Positions 10,014 to 18,591 of a stretch of 64,000 nt of DNA are shown one piece after another. The DNA comes from a virus. The notes under the pieces were generated by a model. That model saw only the letters and a program-made list of their open reading frames with translations, made no database searches and was not told the DNA's origin. Where the stretch lies: positions 19,598-83,597 of the IMG/VR virus record IMGVR_UViG_3300036829_000104. The stretch is one strand, 5' to 3'. The position numbers and the translations under genes were made by a program. Each line of letters begins with the position of its first letter. Positions within the stretch are counted from its first letter, which is position 1.

Positions 10014-10049
10014 GCGCCCCCCGGAAGACCGTCATCTTCCGGGGGGCGC
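10014..10049. terminator. hairpin terminator
   Basis: GCGCCCCCCGGAAGA...TCTTCCGGGGGGCGC followed by GTTTT. Confidence 0.65.
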
Positions 10050-10210
10050 GGTTTTAGCGGTGAGAGGGCCGCCTCCGGGCGCGGCCAAGCATGCGCGCCA
10101 TCATGCGCTCACGCCCCCTTCAACTGGTCCTCAACACGCCACCAGAGCCGCACGGAGGGTGCCCGGCTCCCGCAGATCCCGGAGGCGGTACGCACGCACC
10201 TGCCAGCCCC

Positions 10211-10657
10211 CTATCCTGCCGCCTCGGCCTGCAGGCCACCGTGATCGGTAGCACCCCAGATCCGGTACTGGACGTAGTCGTTACACCACAGGCATGACCA
10301 CGCGAGATTTTCGACGGCATTCAAGCCGCCGCTGACTCGCATAACGAGATGTTCAAGCGAGCCGATTCGCCTGCCGACAGCGTCCCACGGTAGCGGCCGG
10401 CCATCTACGCCAGACGGACGCGGTTCAAGAGCCAGCGAGTTGCAGTAGACACAACGTCCCCGTGCTTTCTCCAGCACGCTCCAGACGTCCCCAGCGGTCA
10501 GCTTGGCAGCCGTCTCCGACGGGGAACGCTTACGGTTGGCCGTCTTTGCCTTCCGGGCACACCACGCCAGACGTTCAGCTTCTGCCGTCCGCTCGAGGTA
10601 GTCGGCCCAGCTGGTGAACCCGCTAGCGGGTGCGCCGTCTGCAAGCGTGAACTTCAC
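10211..10657 (-). CDS. HNH endonuclease
   Basis: CVYC...SLEH...GGLNAVENLAWSCLWCN; visibly lower GC than flanks. Confidence 0.8.
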   Translation of the reverse strand: MKFTLADGAPASGFTSWADYLERTAEAERLAWCARKAKTANRKRSPSETAAKLTAGDVWSVLEKARGRCVYCNSLALEPRPSGVDGRPLPWDAVGRRIGSLEHLVMRVSGGLNAVENLAWSCLWCNDYVQYRIWGATDHGGLQAEAAG

Positions 10658-11124
10658 GGCTCTAGCCCCTCGAACAGGTCCCAGCGGATCAGGCGCTTAG
10701 CCAGCGTCTCGCCCGGGGTCACATGCGCGGCGGCCAGGGCGTCCCGGATGAGCTTGGCGGCGTAGTCCTCGGCCTCACGGGCGCCCGCCGCATCGATGGC
10801 GAGATCGACGGACAGGGCGTGAGCGTCAAGAGTGCTCTGGCCGACCCCCGCACCGGCCTCGGCGGGGAACAGGCCCTCGATGCGGACGCAGAGGTCCGGA
10901 CCGGGGATGTCCACGGTGAGAATGTCAGCCTCGTACTGGAAGGCGGTCATGCCCATCCCCACTCCGGCTTCGCGGTTCTCGTTACGGTCCAAGTAGTCGG
11001 CTAGGGCTTCGGTGATGATGGCGTTCACACGCCGCTCAGTCCGCTCTGCGAAAGCACGAAGCCGCTCGCGCACGTCCTCGGGAGGGCGATACGCGAGCGG
11101 CGGGTGCTTGTGCTTACTGGGCAT
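10654..11124 (-). CDS. ribbon-helix-helix domain fusion protein
   Basis: MPSKHKHPPLAYRPPEDVRERL...VNAIITEALADYL; paralog of 7490..7900. Confidence 0.7.
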   Translation of the reverse strand: MPSKHKHPPLAYRPPEDVRERLRAFAERTERRVNAIITEALADYLDRNENREAGVGMGMTAFQYEADILTVDIPGPDLCVRIEGLFPAEAGAGVGQSTLDAHALSVDLAIDAAGAREAEDYAAKLIRDALAAAHVTPGETLAKRLIRWDLFEGLEP

Positions 11125-11125
11125 C

Positions 11126-11335
11126 TCAGTTCTCGGACTTCCCGTTGCCGAAGGACGCGGGGCGGACGAGCGACCCGGCAGGTGGGTTGACGATGAAGCG
11201 CCCGCTGGTCTCCGCCGAGATGGCGCGGGCGATGTCGCATGCGTTCCCGTAGTCGGGGACCTGCGCGATGGTGACCGGCTCACTCTTGCGGTAGCAGACT
11301 TCGGCGGTGTGCTGGTCGCTGGTGATGGTGAACAT
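11126..11335 (-). CDS. hypothetical protein
   Basis: First gene behind the operator-bearing promoter. Confidence 0.65.
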   Translation of the reverse strand: MFTITSDQHTAEVCYRKSEPVTIAQVPDYGNACDIARAISAETSGRFIVNPPAGSLVRPASFGNGKSEN

Positions 11336-11353
11336 TTCCCGTCCCGTTCTCTT

Positions 11354-11396
11354 GGTGGTAATACCACCTTACTTGGTGGCACTACCACCTGTCAAG
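11354..11396 (-). promoter_or_regulatory. promoter with two GGTGG-N5-CCACC operators
   Basis: Minus strand TTGACA-N18-TAAGGT; palindromes at 11354-11368 and 11375-11389. Confidence 0.75.
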
Positions 11397-11431
11397 CCGG
11401 GGAGTGTCCCTGCCGAAGTTGCGTGATGCAA

Positions 11432-11833
11432 CTAGCGGACGAGAGTCGCATCCACGAAACGCTGCACAGGCTCGAAAAGCCCGTGCGGGACATACTCGGA
11501 CAGCTCGCCGATCCGCACGAACTCCACCCGGTCATGCTCCTCCGGGTCGCCGATGTGCGGCGTCCCCGCGATCACGTCGCACGCCACATAGGACATGTGC
11601 CTCTTTGTGGCGGGGTGAATCCTGGAGCCCAGAAGCTGCCGCGCCTCCACGGTCAGGCCCGTCTCCTCCAGCGTCTCGCGGACCGCGGCCTCCTCGACCG
11701 ATTCGCCCGGCTCGACACCGCCGCCAGGTAGTGCCCAGAGGACCGTCCCCTCCTGCTCCCGCCGCCGGGCCAGCAGCAGCCTGCCGTCCTGCACGATGAC
11801 GGCGGATGCGATCGCGGGCTTGGCTTCAGACAT
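11432..11833 (-). CDS. Nudix hydrolase (Pif-like position)
   Basis: Intact Nudix box GGGVEPGESVEEAAVRETLEETGL. Confidence 0.92.
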   Translation of the reverse strand: MSEAKPAIASAVIVQDGRLLLARRREQEGTVLWALPGGGVEPGESVEEAAVRETLEETGLTVEARQLLGSRIHPATKRHMSYVACDVIAGTPHIGDPEEHDRVEFVRIGELSEYVPHGLFEPVQRFVDATLVR

Positions 11834-12464
11834 GCTGGCCCTCCAGAGCCTCTAGGACCGGCGGGAAGATGCTCCCGCGCGGGATGTGCTGTTCGATCTC
11901 GGCCGCCGGCGCCCACATGACGCCGGCGTTCTCGTCCTCATCCTTGTTGACCGGCTCGCCGCTCACCCATGAGCATGCGAAGTACTCGCACCGGACGCCC
12001 GTGACGGGATGAACCCTGCCGCCCAGGTGCTCCGTTACCGAGCATTCGACGCCCGTCTCTGCGAGCGTCTCCCGGACCGCAGTCACCGCCGGGTCGGCGC
12101 CGGTCTTCACAGTCCCGCAAGGGAAGCCCACCCGGATACCGCTGTTGTCGTCCCTCCGCCGCACCAGCAGCACGTCCGGGCCGCGCGTGACGATCGCCAT
12201 CGCCACCCGGTACATCTGCGGGCCGACCGGGTTCTCCGGGCTGGACAGCTCCCCGAACCGCGACCGCTCCGCCGGCGACGCGGCGGCGTACGCCCGGTCC
12301 AGTGCCCGCTGTTGCGCGGCCCGCGGCCTGGTGCCAGGCTGCTCGGCCCATCCGGCGACGGTACGCGGGGCGACCTGAAGGCGTGCGGCGAAGCCCTCGG
12401 TGGTCACGCGCAGGGCAATGCGCAGGGCCGTCGCGTCCTGTCCAGTCCACGTCCGGCCTGCCAT
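11826..12464 (-). CDS. HTH-Nudix fusion with degenerate Nudix box
   Basis: WTGQDATALRIALRVTTEGFAARLQVAPRTVAGW HTH plus GTVKTGADPAVTAVRETLAETGV. Confidence 0.85.
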   Translation of the reverse strand: MAGRTWTGQDATALRIALRVTTEGFAARLQVAPRTVAGWAEQPGTRPRAAQQRALDRAYAAASPAERSRFGELSSPENPVGPQMYRVAMAIVTRGPDVLLVRRRDDNSGIRVGFPCGTVKTGADPAVTAVRETLAETGVECSVTEHLGGRVHPVTGVRCEYFACSWVSGEPVNKDEDENAGVMWAPAAEIEQHIPRGSIFPPVLEALEGQHV

Positions 12465-12621
12465 CTGGTTACCGCCTCAAACTGCAATGGTTCCGCATGG
12501 TGATCATCGCCGCCGCGCGTTTGACTTAGCGGCATGAGCCCGCAAGAACGCCGACGGCTCGCCGCGGCCCTCGATGTCATCGAGACGCGCCTCGAAGCTG
12601 TTGAGCGCGGCGTTGCCGACC

Positions 12622-12963
12622 TCACTGCCGAGCATGATGCGCCGTCTTCAGTTCGGCAAGCTCCCGCTCGACAGCCAGTAGCCGCTCGCTGAGGTTTTCC
12701 ACTCTCGCGGCGATACCCGCGTCGGACGGGGGCGGCTTGCGCACGAACGTGCCCATGCCGTGAATCGTCTCGGCGATGCCGAGATCCCGCAGCACGCCGA
12801 GCGCCTTGTCGATCGTGCCCTTGGATGCCCCGTAGTGCTTCTCCAGCTCGGCATACGTGGGCATCTGCGCGTCCACGGGCCATTCACCGCCGTCGATGCG
12901 CTTGCGCAGATCGTCGGCGATATGCCGGTACACGGCCGGGTTCCTGCCTCCTCGCTGCACCAT
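12622..12963 (-). CDS. GntR-family regulator (KorA/KorSA/TraR-like)
   Basis: YRHIADDLRKRIDGGEW...MPTYAELEKHYGASKGTIDKAL...GMGTFV; divergent from the transfer operon. Confidence 0.9.
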   Translation of the reverse strand: MVQRGGRNPAVYRHIADDLRKRIDGGEWPVDAQMPTYAELEKHYGASKGTIDKALGVLRDLGIAETIHGMGTFVRKPPPSDAGIAARVENLSERLLAVERELAELKTAHHARQ

Positions 12964-13016
12964 AAGGCACAGCGTAGAGGGCGGAACTTAATTAGGAAAC
13001 CCAGGGGTGAGTTATC

Positions 13017-13062
13017 CCTTGACTCTCCTATGACAGTCATGGCAGACTCAAGACTGTCAAGG
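13017..13062 (+). promoter_or_regulatory. promoter of the transfer operon with overlapping inverted-repeat operator
   Basis: TTGACT-N18-CAGACT; TGACAGTC (13031-38) and GACTGTCA (13052-59) inverted repeat. Confidence 0.6.
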
Positions 13063-13091
13063 CGCTGCGGACGCTACCGCAGCAGGAGAGC

Positions 13092-13373
13092 GTGAGGACG
13101 GTACGCATGCTTGAGACCCCCGTCAGCGAGTGGGTTGACCTCGGCTACATGGCCGACAAGACCGGCTTCGACGAGGTGACGCTGCGGCGCCTGATCGACT
13201 CCGGGGATCTCCCGGCAATGCAGGTCGCAGGCGCGACGCGCACTTCCCACAAGATCCCGCGCCGCCTGGTCGACGAGGCTTACGCCGCGGTGATGGCCGG
13301 CGCACAGGTTGAGCTCCGCGCATTCGCCCGCAAGTGGGCCCAGCGCAACTCCGCATCCAAGGCGGTGGCATAG
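13092..13373 (+). CDS. excisionase-like HTH DNA-binding protein
   Basis: MADKTGFDEVTLRRLIDSGDLPA...KIPR; AGGAG RBS. Confidence 0.7.
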   Translation: MRTVRMLETPVSEWVDLGYMADKTGFDEVTLRRLIDSGDLPAMQVAGATRTSHKIPRRLVDEAYAAVMAGAQVELRAFARKWAQRNSASKAVA

Positions 13374-13523
13374 ATGACCGCCGACCTCGACATCTGCCCG
13401 TCCTGCTGGCGCGAGCACCCGGACTCCGAGCCGTGCACGAGCCTCGCGCAGCGGGCCGCAGACAACACCGCGCTCCTCGCCCGCGAGGCCGCTGAGCGGC
13501 TGACAGCGGAGGCATGTGACTGA
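13374..13523 (+). CDS. small Cys/His protein
   Basis: MTADLDICPSCWREHPDSEPC..., read manually, abuts the upstream stop. Confidence 0.5.
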   Translation: MTADLDICPSCWREHPDSEPCTSLAQRAADNTALLAREAAERLTAEACD

Positions 13524-13741
13524 CATGGCCCGTTCCGCTGCAACCCCCCGAACCGAAGGAGCGCCATGCGCGCTGACCCCAAGCCCCCGGACCCGGAGGA
13601 CTGTGTCCTCTGCAACGTCCGGGGTGCCGGCTGCCCGTTCCACGGGCGCGGCTCCCGCTGACCCGGAAATGACGAACGCCCCGCAGTGGTGGTGCACCCG
13701 GGGCGCTCTGAGCTATCCCAACCGCCTGGAAAGGAACTCTG

Positions 13742-13882
13742 ATGCGCAACCTAGCACGCCTGTCACTCCTGCGCCCCCTGACTCGCCGGCGCGCCGTCCG
13801 GACGCTGACCGCCGAGGCGATCGCCGCCGCGGAGCAATCCGGCTACAACCGGGCGAAGGCCGAGATGGCGTCGTCGTCATGA
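13742..13882 (+). CDS. small hypothetical protein
   Basis: GAAAGGA RBS, MRNLARL..., ATGA overlap with the next gene. Confidence 0.5.
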   Translation: MRNLARLSLLRPLTRRRAVRTLTAEAIAAAEQSGYNRAKAEMASSS

Positions 13883-14055
13883 CACCCGCCTCCGTCACGC
13901 AGATCAACACCAGGCAGGACATGTCCCGCTGGACCCGCGACCACGCCGACAAGCCCGGCATCAACTGGTCCACCGAGGCTGGCCCCGGCGGAACGATGAT
14001 CATCGTCGAGCACGAGGCGGACCGCACGACCGCGGGAACCGGGGTGCCGGCATGA
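13879..14055 (+). CDS. small hypothetical protein
   Basis: Coupled ORF MTPASVTQ. Confidence 0.55.
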   Translation: MTPASVTQINTRQDMSRWTRDHADKPGINWSTEAGPGGTMIIVEHEADRTTAGTGVPA

Positions 14056-14288
14056 GCACGCGCAAGCGCACCAGCGGGCCGGACTTCATGGAGACCATGG
14101 CCCACGGGAACGACATCAACGCGATCCGCATGGCCGCCCTCGACATAGCCCGCGACCTGTACGGGCCGAACGCCCGGCTGGCGATCGAGGACACCGGGAC
14201 CATCCAGAAGGCGGTCGCGACGCACAAGGGCCGCTTCTGTGCCCACGTGACGGTCCGCTGCCTCGACTACCCGGCGGAGGAGCTGTGA
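14052..14288 (+). CDS. hypothetical protein
   Basis: Coupled ORF. Confidence 0.65.
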   Translation: MSTRKRTSGPDFMETMAHGNDINAIRMAALDIARDLYGPNARLAIEDTGTIQKAVATHKGRFCAHVTVRCLDYPAEEL

Positions 14289-14773
14289 GCGCGAACCGCA
14301 CAAGCCTCCAGTTCAGCCCCGGCGCCGCAGGCCCGGTGCTGCGGGAAGACCTGTCGTGGCAGGACGGGGCGGCCTGCCAGTACACCGACCCCGAGATTTT
14401 CTTCATCGAGAAGGGCGGCAGCCCGGCGCCCGCGAAGCGCGTCTGCCGAGGCTGTGACATCCGCGTGACCTGCCTGCAGTGGGCGCTCGACACCCGGGAG
14501 CGGTTCGGGATCCTCGGCGGCATGTCAGAGCAGCAGCGGCGCGGCATTCTCCGGCTCGGCCTCACCGCGGCCGAGGCGATCGCGGAGGACGGCAGCCGGC
14601 GCCTGCGGAATGCGGCGCAGGAAGCCGCACGGCAGGACCAGCGCAATGAACGGGACCGTCAGCAGCGCGCCGGGGCGCGCGCGATGGCCGCCGGCTCGGG
14701 TACCCCGGCGCCTCAGCTCAGAGACGAGGGCGGCCAGTTCCTCGCTCAGGTATCAGCGGCAAAAGCCGCGTAA
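14285..14773 (+). CDS. whiB: WhiB-family Fe-S transcription factor
   Basis: WQDGAAC..TDPEIFF...AKRVCRGCDIRVTCLQWAL...FGILGGMSEQQR. Confidence 0.93.
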   Translation: MSANRTSLQFSPGAAGPVLREDLSWQDGAACQYTDPEIFFIEKGGSPAPAKRVCRGCDIRVTCLQWALDTRERFGILGGMSEQQRRGILRLGLTAAEAIAEDGSRRLRNAAQEAARQDQRNERDRQQRAGARAMAAGSGTPAPQLRDEGGQFLAQVSAAKAA

Positions 14774-14787
14774 CGAAAGGAAACCCT

Positions 14788-14985
14788 GTGAAAACCTTTA
14801 TCGGCGTCGTCGTGATCGTGGTCGACGCCATCGTGGTGAAGGCGCTGATGATCGCCCAGCATGCCCCGCACGCCGGCAACAAGGTGGCGGAAGCCGCAGT
14901 CGTTCTCTTCGTCGCCAACGTGGTGATCTTCTGGCAGCTCAGCAAGGCGAAGAAGGCCACAACCCCGTTCGGCGGTTCCCGGTGA
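14788..14985 (+). CDS. small 2-TM membrane protein (Spd-like)
   Basis: Two hydrophobic stretches; GAAAGGA RBS. Confidence 0.7.
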   Translation: MKTFIGVVVIVVDAIVVKALMIAQHAPHAGNKVAEAAVVLFVANVVIFWQLSKAKKATTPFGGSR

Positions 14986-15203
14986 AGGCGACCGCCCCGC
15001 CGGAGCGCGTGAACTGGCCGTCGGTCGTCGCCGTGTTCGTCGCGCTGCTGATCCTCATCGCGGGGGTCGCGGGGATGGTCGGCTTCGTCCACGCCCATAA
15101 CTGGCTTGGCGTCGCCGACATCATCGGCTCGTGGCTGCTGGCGATCGGCGTGGGATTGGTCGCCGAGCGGATCACGCGCCCCCGCGCGAGGGGGCAGCGG
15201 TGA
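14982..15203 (+). CDS. small 2-TM membrane protein (Spd-like)
   Basis: VVAVFVALLILIAGVAGMVG / IIGSWLLAIGVGLV; GTGA coupling. Confidence 0.7.
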   Translation: MKATAPPERVNWPSVVAVFVALLILIAGVAGMVGFVHAHNWLGVADIIGSWLLAIGVGLVAERITRPRARGQR

Positions 15204-15331
15204 CACGCGAACTCGTGCTCGCCGCCGCGCACACCGCCGCCGCGCACCAGTCGAACATCCCCAGCTGGATCGCCCTCATCGGGGGCGCACTCCTCATCGC
15301 GCTGATCATCCGCGGGAAGAAGAGGAGCTGA
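15200..15331 (+). CDS. small membrane protein
   Basis: WIALIGGALLIALII plus basic tail. Confidence 0.6.
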   Translation: MTRELVLAAAHTAAAHQSNIPSWIALIGGALLIALIIRGKKRS

Positions 15332-15337
15332 CCGCTG

Positions 15338-15886
15338 ATGCGCAGGTACCGCTACCCGTACCGCCGCAGCGACGTCAGCCCGCGGGCGGTTGCCGTGGTG
15401 CTGGGCGCGGTCGTGGTGCTGGCGGCGGTGCACGCGCACTCGCCGGCCGGGACCGGCGGCACGCACGCCGGGAAACGGCATGCGGCCTCCCCGTCCCGGG
15501 AAGCCCGGACCGCGGTCGCCTACGCCGAATCCAAGGTCGGCCGGGTGCCGTACGTGTGGGGCGGCGTCACCAACGCCGGGATGGACTGCTCGGGCCTGAC
15601 GTGGAACGCGTGGGGCGATGCCGGGGTGCACATCGCCCGCACCTCCCAGGACCAGTGGGCGACCGAGCACCGGGTCTCCAGCCCCGCAGCCGGGGACCTG
15701 GTGTTCTTCGCCGGCGTGGACGGAACCGCCGAGGCCCCCGGGCACGTGGGGATCGTCACCAACCCGTCCCGGCACCTGATGATCGACGCCTACGGCGCCG
15801 GAACTTACGTCCGCTCCGACACCTACGGACTCGCGTCCTCGGCACCGGGGCTGTCCGCCGTCATCGGCTACACCAGCCCCGCATAA
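15338..15886 (+). CDS. membrane-anchored NlpC/P60 peptidoglycan endopeptidase
   Basis: PYVWGG...DCSGL...PGHVGI; N-terminal TM helix. Confidence 0.92.
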   Translation: MRRYRYPYRRSDVSPRAVAVVLGAVVVLAAVHAHSPAGTGGTHAGKRHAASPSREARTAVAYAESKVGRVPYVWGGVTNAGMDCSGLTWNAWGDAGVHIARTSQDQWATEHRVSSPAAGDLVFFAGVDGTAEAPGHVGIVTNPSRHLMIDAYGAGTYVRSDTYGLASSAPGLSAVIGYTSPA

Positions 15887-15922
15887 CCCCCATCCGCCAC
15901 CACTCCCGAAGGAGAGCACATC

Positions 15923-16114
15923 ATGTTCCTCGTCAAGGCGGCTGTCATCGTCGCCATCGGCCTGTTCGTCGCGGCCTACGGGGCCGACCACGTCGCCGCC
16001 GCGATGAACATCCCGGTTAACAGCGCCCCGATCACCGTGCTTGCGGTCGCAATCGAGGTCGTGTTCAACGTCGCCGTCTACCTGGTCCTGCGTCGCCGCG
16101 ACGCCAGGTCCTGA
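15923..16114 (+). CDS. small 2-TM membrane protein
   Basis: Hydrophobic; GAAGGAG RBS. Confidence 0.7.
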   Translation: MFLVKAAVIVAIGLFVAAYGADHVAAAMNIPVNSAPITVLAVAIEVVFNVAVYLVLRRRDARS

Positions 16115-16145
16115 CCAGGTTCATCGTGCTGAGGGGCCGCAGCGA

Positions 16146-16433
16146 ATGAGCACCCGCGCCGCGCTGATCTCCGGGACCGTCCTGTCGGTCGCCGTCACCT
16201 GCGCATGGTCGTGGACGGCGGACGCGCTCGCGGGGCCGATTCCGGATCCGCACCTCGGGACTGGGCTGCGCGCGGATTACGCGCAGCTCGCCGACTCGGC
16301 CGCAGGCGGCCCCGGGATCGCGCTGTTCGCCACGATCGCCGCGATCTACACGCTGTGCCTGTTCGTCTCCGGACTGCGGCGGATCCGCCGGGAGCAGGCC
16401 GCGCGGGAGCAGATGGCGGGTGATCGCCGGTGA
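16146..16433 (+). CDS. 2-TM membrane protein
   Basis: Two hydrophobic segments; coupled to the next gene. Confidence 0.65.
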   Translation: MSTRAALISGTVLSVAVTCAWSWTADALAGPIPDPHLGTGLRADYAQLADSAAGGPGIALFATIAAIYTLCLFVSGLRRIRREQAAREQMAGDRR

Positions 16434-16960
16434 GGCGCTACACGACCCATTCCCGGTCGGGCGGCTCGGACTCGGGCGTGACCGCTGTCCTGGTGATCGC
16501 CGGGATCATTGCGGTCGCCGGCGCCGGCAAGGGAGCCGCGGCAGTCGTGACACACCACCACCACTCGGCGCACGTCACCGCCGCCGCGGTCACGTCCGGC
16601 AGCGAGCGGGCGTTCATCCGCGCGGTCCTCGCCGACCTCGGCGCCCCGGTCAACTCGGCGAACACGGCATCGCTGGCCGGATGGTTCACCCGCGAGTTCC
16701 CGGCGTGGCCGCCGTACGCAGCCGAGAACCCTATGTCGTCCACCCAGCGGATGCCCGGCAGCACCACCTACAACAGCGTCGGCGTCCAGAACTACCCGAC
16801 AGCCTCCGAGGGCGCGCATGCAACTGCGATAACCCTCGCGAACGGCTACTACCCGCGCGTCGTCGCCGCCCTGCGCTCTGGCCGGGGCCTGTGCGGCAAC
16901 CCCTCTATCGCCGGCGAACTACTCACCTGGTCCGGCAACGGCTATTCGGAGGTGTGCTGA
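16430..16960 (+). CDS. membrane-anchored lysozyme-like cell-wall hydrolase
   Basis: N-terminal TM; W..RE...NP...T...NSVGVQNY...G..AT..TL.NG.YP lysozyme-like pattern. Confidence 0.65.
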   Translation: MRRYTTHSRSGGSDSGVTAVLVIAGIIAVAGAGKGAAAVVTHHHHSAHVTAAAVTSGSERAFIRAVLADLGAPVNSANTASLAGWFTREFPAWPPYAAENPMSSTQRMPGSTTYNSVGVQNYPTASEGAHATAITLANGYYPRVVAALRSGRGLCGNPSIAGELLTWSGNGYSEVC

Positions 16961-16963
16961 TTT

Positions 16964-18517
16964 ATGACCGTGACACCGTTCCCTGCACGGCAGCACGCCG
17001 ACCGGACGGCTCCGGCGGCGAGTGACTACGCCTCGTACCGAGACCTGTCTGACGACGCGTACCGGGCTCTCCCGGACCACGCCATGCTCAGCGTGTCGGC
17101 CGAGTTCTCCGACGTGCCGCACGCGATCGGCTACGCGGACAGCCCCGCCGGACTGCTGCCTATCATCCGCGGGATCCCGGCCTCGTACCCGGCAGCGACC
17201 GAGGCGGATCTGGCATGGCTGGAAGACGGGATCCAGCACGAGGCGCAGCATGCCGCCGCGGCCACTGTGCTGGGATGCTCCAGCCGCTTCTGCATCACCA
17301 TGACACCGCTCCCGGGCGGCGGCGTGCACGCCAGGCCGTGTTGCTCATGGGTGTCTCGCCGGCCGCTCAGCAAACTCGCCATCGCGTCGATTGCCGCCGC
17401 GCCCTCAGACCCGTCACCGGACGACCTCGCGGACTTGCGCCGCATGGGATACCGCGACGCGGACGACGTGGCCGAGCGCATCCGCAGGTTCAACCGCCGC
17501 GCCCGGTACCCGTTGCCACTGCCGGCCGGCGCGCAAAACGGCTATCGAGGCGGAGCACGCGGCTGGAGGCGCCGAGTTCCTCACCTGATCCGGCGACGAC
17601 TATTCGGAGGTCTAACCATGTCAACCACTGAGAACAGAATCCCTGAGCTGCGGGTGCGCCGCGGGGTAAGCCACGCGGTCACCTCGGCCGGGCTCATCCT
17701 CGGCACGTTCATAGCGGTCCTGGCCATGACGAACGGGCTGCGGCTGCGCCTCGGCGGTATGCCCGAGCTTCCCGGCGTCGTCTTCGGCGCGCTGCTCGTG
17801 TGGGCGCTGTTCGTGGCCGCGGCGTTCCTGCTGGCCGAGATGACCCGCCGCCATCACAAGACGGCGGCCCGGTATGCGGCGCGGCAGGGGAGCCGCGGCG
17901 CGTCCGCTGGCGGCCAGGCCCTCCGCAGGCAGGCGCTGGTGCTCTTTGAGATCGGCGTCGCGTGGGCCGGGCCCCGGTGGCATACCCGGACGACCAGAAC
18001 CCGCAGCGCGCCGGATGATGTCACGCCGGCAGCGCCCGTAAGCCCCTCCGCGGACAACGCGGAGGTCAGTCAACCCGAAGGAGAAGACATGACGACACCA
18101 CTATCCGGACGCGGCCGTGTCAGCCGCATCGCCCCTGACCGGCGGGCGCGGCGCGTCGCATCCCGCACCGGCGGCCCGATCTCGACACTGTGGGCCGCAC
18201 TGGAACGCCGCGCCTTGGACTTCGACCCTGAAGGCGAAGGCGATTACCTCGACTATCTGAATGAGGACACCGTCGGCATCTCCGCCCTAGCGGAGGCAAA
18301 TGTCGAAGTGTACGGAGGCATGACCAACGACAAGGGAGCCGACCCGCAGGCCGTGGCCGCGTTCCACGACTACGCCGACGCCTTGGTGCACGCCGCCGAG
18401 ATGGCCACCGCCGCTAAGAAGGCGTGGACCGAGCGCTACGAACTGCCGCGCGAGTCCGCCGCCGAAGGCGTCCAGATGACGCACGACGGCCGGTTCATCA
18501 CCGGCGAAGGCGACTAG
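16964..18517 (+). CDS. composite ORF: HExxH metallopeptidase-like domain, 2-TM domain (start 17618) and TraA-like helical domain (start 18089)
   Basis: HEAQH motif; internal GGAGG and GAAGGAG RBS before in-frame ATGs; lies directly upstream of traB. Confidence 0.6.
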   Translation: MTVTPFPARQHADRTAPAASDYASYRDLSDDAYRALPDHAMLSVSAEFSDVPHAIGYADSPAGLLPIIRGIPASYPAATEADLAWLEDGIQHEAQHAAAATVLGCSSRFCITMTPLPGGGVHARPCCSWVSRRPLSKLAIASIAAAPSDPSPDDLADLRRMGYRDADDVAERIRRFNRRARYPLPLPAGAQNGYRGGARGWRRRVPHLIRRRLFGGLTMSTTENRIPELRVRRGVSHAVTSAGLILGTFIAVLAMTNGLRLRLGGMPELPGVVFGALLVWALFVAAAFLLAEMTRRHHKTAARYAARQGSRGASAGGQALRRQALVLFEIGVAWAGPRWHTRTTRTRSAPDDVTPAAPVSPSADNAEVSQPEGEDMTTPLSGRGRVSRIAPDRRARRVASRTGGPISTLWAALERRALDFDPEGEGDYLDYLNEDTVGISALAEANVEVYGGMTNDKGADPQAVAAFHDYADALVHAAEMATAAKKAWTERYELPRESAAEGVQMTHDGRFITGEGD

Positions 18518-18591
18518 CCCTCACCCACCGTTCCCCGCCGCCGTGCGCTTGCCCGGCGGCGGGGACCTGACCAGAAGCGGAAGGAAGTCCA

